A stretch of DNA of 64,000 bases, from NCBI GenBank assembly GCA_964016885.1, contig OZ024740.1, positions 383,284,001 through 383,348,000 of the forward strand, given 5' to 3'. Below, in pieces: positions 55,268 to 64,000 of this stretch; position 1 is the stretch's first letter; each line of letters begins with the position of its first letter. The stretch comes from Eledone cirrhosa. Lineage: Eukaryota. The position numbers and the translations under genes are program-made. Below the pieces are notes generated by a model. The model was not told the origin of the DNA and ran no database searches. It saw nothing but the letters and a program-made list of their open reading frames with translations.

Positions 55268-57525
55268 AGAAAAGGGATAATTAATTTGTTGGTAATTCAA
55301 CAGATATATTTATAACAGATTCGAAGAACTCGACATATTTTTTCTGGATTATATTATCAATGGAAAATATATTTTTGAAACCATATTTATTTTATTATAT
55401 ATATTTCATCAGATAAAATAAAAAGATTGTTTTATAAATATTGACATAACCAGGAATGATACCTTAACGGTTCAAGTTTCTCATGGGTAGTGAAAGGAAA
55501 GAGGGAAAAGGGAAAGAAAGGAAAACAAATATTTCAAATTATTTTGATGAATATGCAAATGAAGTTGAGGCGTAGGGCTGACAAAATAGTTATTTTTAGA
55601 CGCTAGGTAGATTTAAATAATTATTAGGATATATATATATATATGTATATATAGGAAGAAGAAAGAAAGAAAAGCTTGTATTTATATTACTACAGTGTAC
55701 GTGAATTTAAAATAAATTGAAACCTTAAAAATTAAAAGTTTGTTGAAGTGGTGGAATATCATACCAGAATTTAAAAATTATTTAGCTAAATCATGAGTTA
55801 TAATATTATATATATAATCATTACAATTAGATTATATGAAGAATTATGGTTGTAAGTACATTTTATCTTATTATATTACAACAGGTTGTAAGTATATAAA
55901 TGTCTATATAGATTAATAAGTGTATAAATATAAATATTGTTGGTGATTATATAGATATGTAACACACGTATTAAGTTGTTTACATTTCTAATATGAGTTA
56001 CGAAGGATGTTGATTTTACATTTTAAATATATATTTAAGAAAAAGACGTAGTTCAAATTTTAAGAGAACATTTTGTAGATTCAAATAGTTTCATAAAAAA
56101 TTGAAAATACATATATAATTGAAATTCTCATCCATGAAAACATGTAATATAAAATTCCTTATAATCTCACACAAAATAATATATAATTTTCTCTACATAC
56201 TTTCCGCATTTTCTAAGAAAATTACTCATCAAATCTAATATTAATAGTTTAATAAATAATATTGGAGTCATCTTTTCCTTTACATTTGAGCAAACATCGA
56301 CATAATAACTTGTATGTTAAATTATATATATATTCTGTAATATTTTTTATTTCTGACATTACTTTCCTAATGATACACCTCTAAATATATTTTTTTTTAG
56401 ATATAGATTGAAAATCTTTAATTGACATTCTGAAAATGTATCCTCTTTACGATAGTTCTTCGAAATGCACATTACGTTTTTCCTCTCCTTTTGATCTTCA
56501 AACTTTCACACATCTTTCGACTAAAAATTTAATCTCACACGAAATAATATATAATTTCCTCTATATATTTTCTGAGTAAATCGTTCATCAAATTTAACTG
56601 TTAACAAACAAGATTGTAATTATGTTTCCCTTTTCAATCGTGCAAACATAAACATTATAATATAATATGTACCATAAATTATATAACTTCGCTAAATTAC
56701 CAATATTCTGAAAACATTTTCAATGTTGGAACAAAATATTCGAATCGACAAATTGTTCTCCTCTTACAACTTGAACCACCTGTTTTTTATGTAAAATGCA
56801 AAATCAACTTCCTTCGTAACTCATATTAGAAATCTAAACAACTAATAATTGTAAATTATTTCTATTTCTATAATTCTTATACTTGCGCAATTATTAATCT
56901 ATATAGATATTTATATACTTATAACCTATTGTAATGCAATGAGATAAAATACACTTACAACCATAATTCTTCATATAATCTAATTGATTATATATACAAT
57001 ATTATAATTCATAATATAGCTAAATAAATTTAAATTCTGGAATCATATTCCACCATTCCCCCAAATTGTTAATTCCTTTTAAATTAACGGAAATACAAGC
57101 TCTTCTTCCTTTTTCTTCTTCCTACATATACTAATTATTTAAATTCAGCATAGCGTCTAAAATAACGTTTCTCAGGCCCTATACCTCAACCTCATTTGCA
57201 TACTCATCTTAATAATTTGAAATATCCGAGGTTTCTTCTCTTATTACTTCACTATCCAACGAAAACTTCAACCGGTAAGGTATCTTTTCTTGGTTATGTC
57301 AACATTTATAAAACAAACTTTGTATTTTTCTGATGAAAGCGTACCAAAGTTTTGATACCCTTGAAATATATATAATAGAATAAATATGGTTTTATAAATA
57401 TAGTTTTCATTTATTTATTATCATTGAATATTATACTCCAGAAAATCTGTAGAGTGCTCTGTATCAGTTATAAACATTTTTATTTGTTGAATTACCAACT
57501 ATTTTGAATATCCCTTTTGCTTATA
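55262..57525. repeat. Old diverged inverted repeat (arms about 850 bp), probable PLE terminal repeats
   Basis: 55262-56110 versus 56715-57525 (e.g. TTTCTAATATGAGTTACGAAGGA / TCCTTCGTAACTCATATTAGAAA); internal direct repeat about 56162-56345 / 56530-56715. Confidence 0.75.
57323..57382 (+). ncRNA. Degenerate hammerhead ribozyme
   Basis: CTGATGA 57330-57336; stem II AAGCGTACCAAA/TTTGATACCCTT; GAAA 57363-57366; TATATA-TA; imperfect stem I. Confidence 0.55.
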
Positions 57526-57557
<32 letters not shown>

Positions 57558-57643
57558 ATATATATACATTTATTAATTTATTAAAATAACAGATTAAAGT
57601 TTAAGCAAAGAATATTTATATATATGTATATATATATATATAT

Positions 57644-57697
<54 letters not shown>

Positions 57698-57705
<8 letters not shown>

Positions 57706-58156
57706 GTGAGGTTTTTTTTTACAAAATGAAAAATAACCGAGGTGTCCTACACGAGTGAAAGTATAAAGAAAAAGAGATGAAATCGAAAATGCAACTGGAG
57801 TCTTATTTTTTTTTTAAATATATATATTTATTTGGTTCCTTTACCGGTTTCGCAGTTCGTCTGCTTTTCAAAAGGTGAGTTGAGATGGAGGGTCTGTGGT
57901 TTTTCTCACATCTGGTTGGTCTCTGAATGTTACTTGTTTTATATGGAAAAAGTGGCTCGAAATGCCGGTTTTTTCGAGAAGTAATTTGATTAGTTTGTCA
58001 ATAATTATAATAAATTTCGCGCCAGTTCGCGTTACAATAGTTCTTCAAATAAGAGAGGGGGGGGGGGGGGTTGTCACAGCTTGTTTTTTCATATATGAGT
58101 GTTTGAATTTTTTTTACTTGAAAAAAGGAGGCTCACGAAGGCTTTTATTTGGTTGA
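57698..58156 (-). mobile_element. Solo PLE terminal repeat, family C
   Basis: Third copy of the 54810-55231 / 53422-53810 sequence; its 3' end abuts (TA)n. Confidence 0.85.
57838..57875 (-). ncRNA. Minimal hammerhead, U3-A8 core, family C
   Basis: As 55057-55094; the only difference is in loop II (acgaa). Confidence 0.75.
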
Positions 58157-58212
58157 TTATATATATATTAATTCAAAATATTAACAAAAATAAAACTTCT
58201 TGTGATCAAGTA

Positions 58213-58279
58213 TATTTTATTAAACATATTTCCGAGATACTGAGCTAACTTCAACAGTACGTCCTCATCAGATAAAATA
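58213..58279 (-). ncRNA. Hammerhead ribozyme, family D
   Basis: Reverse complement TATTTTAT-CTGATGA-stem II (GTACTG/CAGTAT)-GAAA-TATGTT-TA-ATAAAATA; base of stem II mismatched. Confidence 0.55.
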
Positions 58280-58338
58280 AGATGATGCATGGCATACCCT
58301 GACATAGTAGTTGGTTAAGATCCATTCAGGCATCATCT

Positions 58339-58405
58339 TATTTTATCTGATGAGGACATACTGTTGAAGTTAGCTCAGTACCTATGAAATATGTATAATA
58401 AAATA
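58339..58405 (+). ncRNA. Hammerhead ribozyme, family D
   Basis: 8-bp stem I TATTTTAT/ATAAAATA; CTGATGA 58347-58353; GAAA 58386-58389; TATGTA-TA; base of stem II imperfect. Confidence 0.6.
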
Positions 58406-58701
58406 TACTTGATCACAAGAAGTTCTATTTTTATTAATATTTTGAATTAATATTAATAACTCCGGAAAACCACTATGTTGCGTGCTTCCAATCTACTGTA
58501 AAACTCATTCTTTGATTTATTCTTTGAGCCTTGTTTAACTTTTAAATATATATATATATATATACGAATCGAATGTTATTATTAATATTCATAACATTTA
58601 TTGTATTCAGCCATGTAGAGCGACATTTTCATTTTTATTTGAATTTGGCAAAGCCGGCCATTTATCGATCGTATACAGGAAACTGACTGGCCAGTCTTTT
58701 G

Positions 58702-58791
58702 ATATGCAAATCTGGCTGATCAGTGGATCTGCTAATATGCAGATCTGACTGATCAGCCAGTCCGCTAATATGCAAATCAGGCCGATCAGTC
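58702..58791. repeat. 33-bp tandem repeat, about 2.7 units
   Basis: ATATGCA(A/G)ATC(T/A)G(G/A)C(T/C)GATCAG at 58702, 58735 and 58768. Confidence 0.8.
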
Positions 58792-59065
58792 ACTGTGTAC
58801 TTTTGAAAATAGCATATATTTTCACTAGTCTGACAGTTTGGCAGGTGAACAGTGAGTTGTACTGATGAAGGGAGATACCCAGCAACATTAGTGTCTGCAG
58901 TTCTGTTCGAATGCCAACACAAGAGCAAGAATGAAGTGTTCATTCTACTGACATGGCTATAAAATTGAGGCTTGTTTGCATAATTGCAAAGGAATCGAAT
59001 CTTATTATTAATATTCGAAAAACTCAGATTACATTTAGTGTATTCATCCCTGTAGAGCGAAATTT

Positions 59066-59143
<78 letters not shown>

Positions 59144-62100
59144 TATGATTTAGATTCAGGCATAGCTGTATACAGATATGTATAGAAATTTCGTATTTCT
59201 AATGAAAAACGGTATGTTTACAGGTAAACATTTAGAAAGCCGTAGCTATGCAAAAAGCACCGGGGCTAGCGCCCTCTGATTGTGTCCAGCAGAAGCAAGG
59301 AGGACAATCGTCGATACCTTTCCTAATCTTACACATATGTAGTCCGTTGTAAAATGTATAATCGAAATCCGAGCTTTCATAGTATCTTAAATAGTCATGA
59401 ACATTTTTCAAGTAGCCTCAATAAACGAAATGTTACGGTTAGAAAATCCAGCAAAGTGTTGATATATACGCGTAGGCATGACTCTGCGTACGTAGGTAGT
59501 TTCACATGCGTGACATATTGTAAACATTTCTTTTTACTAAGGCCTTTATTGACTAAAGCTATATGTGGGATGTGTGCCTATGTTGAACGTTAATTTATGC
59601 TCTGTACACTAGCTAGCTATATGACAAGATCGTTAAAAGTACCAGACTTATAGATAGGTGACTCTGGACGTAACATAGCCGATTTATGACTTGGAGACGG
59701 TGCCCCTGTATGGCCAGTATTTGATGATTGACACTAATAAAAGATTATACCATATTCACTGGTGGTTATAACATTTTAAAATAATTGCATACCTATATAT
59801 AATTTGCTTTTATTATCATTTCAGTTTCGTAACTTTATATCTCAAATGTACACCATTTGAAAATTTAAATATTCGGTGAATACATACTGCAGAAACATTT
59901 GACGTGAATATAGATTTATCACGCATGGCTTCTCGCATTCTGAATATGAGGCCTAGATTTTATATGCAAAATCAAGCTTAATATTGTATATTTTAGGGAT
60001 TTAGTAGAACTGTAATGGTTAGACTAGTTGTTATTATCTGTATTGCAATATTTTGCTGCTGTGTTCCTATCATGAGCATAATCAGATGCAAAAATGGTAT
60101 CGACTGCATAGGCCATGATTATCATCCGGTATTCGTCTATAGAAACAACTGACAGCGGGTTTGACAAAGCAGTTGAATAGAATAAAGGTTATTTGTTGTA
60201 TTAATGAAATCTAATCACTATGTACTTTTCCTTGAACAGCGGTAATTGCTGTTGATGGTCATTTCTAAATGAACAGGCACATATCCAGCGGTTACCGTGG
60301 TTGAAATCAAACATACATAATTGAACGGTTTCAAATTGTAATATGTACTGTTTCTCGTTCAAATATTAAATCCTTTCAAATTACAAGTGCTGTTAGTCTG
60401 CATAGGTTTATACATTTTAGAAAAGTTATAAATGTTGCTCTCTCTTTGAATTGATACGATAGTGTTTGAATGGTTGTCTTTTAATAGATTTCTATGTATA
60501 TTTCTCTCTTTATTATTTATTTATTGTATATTAATTCTAGACATCATAATCATTGGCGTTTATGTGTAGGTAATCTTCAGTCATTAGCATTTTATTTTCA
60601 TTATGTAGTTCATATGGGATTTTGACTGCATATAGCAGGACGTCTTCTAAAGAGCATGGTTTTGTATTTGTATTTCTTGAATTCAGTACTGGGATGAATA
60701 AGTGGCACAGTTTTATGGATCTAAATCATATCTGTACACTCAAATTTGTTGTTTGAATTTGATACCCAACTGTGTTATATTTTCATGCACAATGTTTCCT
60801 TATTTGTAACAACAATATGCAAGTTAAAGACTGAGCAGTTGCGGTATGTATATAGCATGGACAGTGGCCGAATCGCTAGTGTCACATACATTGTTTTCGT
60901 CGCTTTCGTTCCATATTTTTATGTTATAAGTCCAAATTCAACCGAGGTCAACATTGAGGTTATTAAAATAGTATAGTTGTGTATATCGACAACAATTAAG
61001 GACAGGTAACTGTTTATAAAAGCATTGAAGACAAGCTTTTTCAAATCTACTTCATTATTTGCACAACTTTAGTGGACGGTAGAGATTTTACCTTTCTCAA
61101 ATTACTAAATTCTTCGGGTTCTGATCGACGGGTTATCGCTATATACCTGTGTATTACATTTCGATTACTTTTGGATTTAGTCAGTTATATTTAGGTTGTT
61201 GAGTGTTTTAGTTGTTTCTATAATATTTTTTAATCAAACCGTTTATTTTCGTGTAATATTTGTCTTAGTAATCGTTTTATTATGTGATTTGATTGGGAAG
61301 AAATATGTTCATAGTAACTTCTGTGTGGATAAGTTATTGTATAGTTCTTTTGACACGAATAATTTTTTTAATTATTTTGCGTGTCAATTATTTGATATAA
61401 TGTTATTGTATGCGCTTGATGCATGGTTGATACATATGTCTGCCAGGTATAATTGATTGGTGCTAGAATTTTTGTGTTTCTTTGTGATGTTAGTATTTGA
61501 TATTGTCCCTAGATATTATCACTTTGTATATGTCAGCTGTGTAAATAGACTCCTATCATCGTGGATCGAGTTTTCATTTGGTTTAGTTGTTTACGAGTTG
61601 GTGATATATTTCCACGCTAAAGCTGCTTTATTTCTTACCATTTTTTGTGTAGAACAATTGATAAGTTCCCAACGATATGATATTATCAATTGATTTTCCT
61701 TCGAAGTATTGACACATTACATCAATTAGTATGTTCAGACTGGTGAAACGTTCAACAGTTTCCTGCTCATTCCGGTTTAATGCGTTGTCTTGTGTTACAG
61801 CACTCGATATGCCTTAGTCTCTAACTAATGTTATTTTCTTGTAATTATATCGTAAATAATGGTAATATATATCTGTAATATTCAGTAAACGCGTATGCTG
61901 GTTAATAATTGCAAATACTTGTAAGCTACAAGAATTGTGTAGGTGTGAGTAGCAGCCGTTTTTTTTTAATCCTCTGTACACGAGTGACTTTCATTTTCTA
62001 CCCCAAGAGACACAGAAAATATTTGAATTAGGGACAAAGAGCAATATAATTATATTTTCTAAAATTTATTAAGTTCATTTTTGGCATTGCAACACCTTCA

Positions 62101-63324
62101 TAAAACATAAATTTACTGTTCTTGAATATTCTTTTATTTCTCTATTTTCTTTTTTGTACAATTGTATAAGAAAGAAGCAATGAAATATGTTATGATTGTC
62201 AGTCATAAATGCCAAGATTAGGATATGAAAGCCACCATCGGGAAAGAAGTTACGATAGTTTTCTTATTATCCCAACTTCCAACACATTTCATAAAAACGT
62301 TCGAAAGAATTTTCATAGCCAGCGTCGTTCCGTAGAAACGAGTCTTCACACTTCACTAGCACTCGATCAATAATATTAACTTCATAATAGTAGCGTGTTA
62401 GTTGTTCTCTTATATACATAATTTCGTCAGATTTTGTAATTTTTTCTTTATCTATTATCAAATTTTTACATTTTTTATGAATATTTTTTCAACGCTCTTT
62501 ATTTCTTCATTCCATAAAATTTGCCATAATTTTCATATCTATTATCCGTTATATTTATATTGTTCCCATTTATAGTTACTTTTTTCGTACCTAACTTCTA
62601 CCGACAAATCACTCAATGTACCATTCTACACAATCATTGATCAGTAAGTGTGCTTTTACGTATATATCTAAATATGTATATTTAGAGACCAATATTTTAA
62701 GCTTCCATGCAATGTTCCTACGTGTTCAACTACTGTAGAGCTTAAAACGCCTGTGATTATGGTCTAAGCACCAATAAATATGCGTAGTTGTGTATTGCCA
62801 CTTTACAGACTTGTATATACAGGCATATATACAAATGTATATAGGGAGAAAGATAGAGAGGCAGATTTATTTATATATTTTAACATATCTTAGAAGACTG
62901 AACGTATGCGTTGCATTTGTATGTCCATATTTATAGACATGCTTTAAAGGGAACGATAAAACAAAGTACCTGGGACGTACTTGGCCCGTTTTATCGAATT
63001 ATTCATTTCTTTCAAATGTCTGTCCTTGTGCCAAATGTAGAAGTATTTGCAGATATGTCAACGGGAGGTTTAATGTGTGGTACGAGAAGTTACATGGAGC
63101 TCTTCTAATGTTATTTTTATAATGACAAATGCAACATAGCAAAAATTAAAGTGATTCAATTAACTCAAAGCACGTGTAAAGGTACTGTAGTTACATTTTT
63201 ATAATGTATTCCTATAGTATTTTCAAATGCATATATGCTGCATTCATGTTCAGAGTGGTGACCTGCATTCGAGTCTAAATAAACTGGTATAGGTATTTTA
63301 TTAATCATACACGTAGATACGCAA

Positions 63325-63506
63325 ATATGAAAACATACCTAGACACAAACATTCATACCTTTTTCCTTTTACTAAGCGAGAATGGAATCCGCCAGGTTTA
63401 ATGGGCGCTAGCAGCACCGCATACCATGAGAAGGCTACTACGATTCAATTTGGTGTTACCGATCCAAACACACACACCCATATATATATATGTGTGTATG
63501 TATATA

Positions 63507-63571
<65 letters not shown>

Positions 63572-63719
63572 GGGGGGGGGGTCGGTTACACCAAATTGAA
63601 TCGTAAGAGTCTTCTCAAGATATGCGGTGCGGCTAGCGCCCATTAAACCTGGCGGATTCCATCCTCGCTCAGTGAAAGGCAAAAGGTATGAATGTTTCTG
63701 TGTAGGTATGTTTTCATAT
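63325..63719. mobile_element. MITE/fold-back-like element with 140-bp inverted arms and a microsatellite spacer
   Basis: Arms 63325-63465 / 63579-63719 (GGAATCCGCCAGGTTTAATGGGCGCTAGC / GCTAGCGCCCATTAAACCTGGCGGATTCC). Confidence 0.75.
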
Positions 63720-63878
63720 ATATATATATATAATATATATATATATAAAGAGAGCGTTAGTTCCACAACACTTTAGCAATGAGTATGATTTGCTAATCTG
63801 AGGTGGAATTAACGCTATACTGAATTGGAGTGAGTGGTCTATCAGCTTTGGATGTGACATCTGTTTACTTTTTTTAAT

Positions 63879-63934
<56 letters not shown>

Positions 63935-64000
63935 GTGTGTGTGTTATGAACGAAGGTGGTTAGTTTATGATTTTGAGACATTGCGGTAAGTATCAATTAT

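Larger units (their letters stand above)
58166..58545. mobile_element. Fold-back PLE mini-element, family D
   Basis: Inverted arms 58166-58288 / 58330-58452 with a 41-nt spacer; long arm runs on to (TA)n at about 58546. Confidence 0.75.

Noticed and set aside
53491-58156. Three similar ORFs (VPLPVSQFFCFSKGELRW...)
   Set aside because: Antisense readings of the non-coding family C terminal repeat
59263-59283. CTCF-like GCTAGCGCCCTCTGATTG
   Set aside because: Single imperfect motif with no supporting evidence
60100-62500. Possible ancient minus-strand retroelement
   Set aside because: No unambiguous motif readable by eye

Overview
AT-rich, microsatellite-dense animal genomic DNA, not prokaryotic. 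The SINE, LINE and SSR content resembles a cephalopod (octopus-like) genome, which is an inference. Only two host exons are well supported: 16712-16943 and 29390-30067 (+ strand, phase-compatible), encoding CUB domains plus a Ser/Thr/Pro-rich stretch. The rest is mobile DNA: a nearly intact RTE LINE (two lesions, three C-terminal C2H2 fingers) with short derivatives, about a dozen copies or fragments of a tRNA-derived Nin-domain-like SINE, Tx1 and CRE-like fragments, a Chapaev3-like DNA transposon with TIRs and a TTA TSD, and several Penelope-like element (PLE) remnants. The most striking signal is non-coding: about 12 type-I hammerhead ribozyme motifs. Five of them, in two unrelated sequence families, carry a UUGAAAA (U3-A8 covariant) core. 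There is also a recurrent mini-element architecture, (TA)n - short inverted arm - fold-back at or in the ribozyme - long arm - (TA)n, found in at least three sequence families. All folds were derived by eye and need computational and experimental confirmation. Most small ORFs in the track are microsatellite artefacts.
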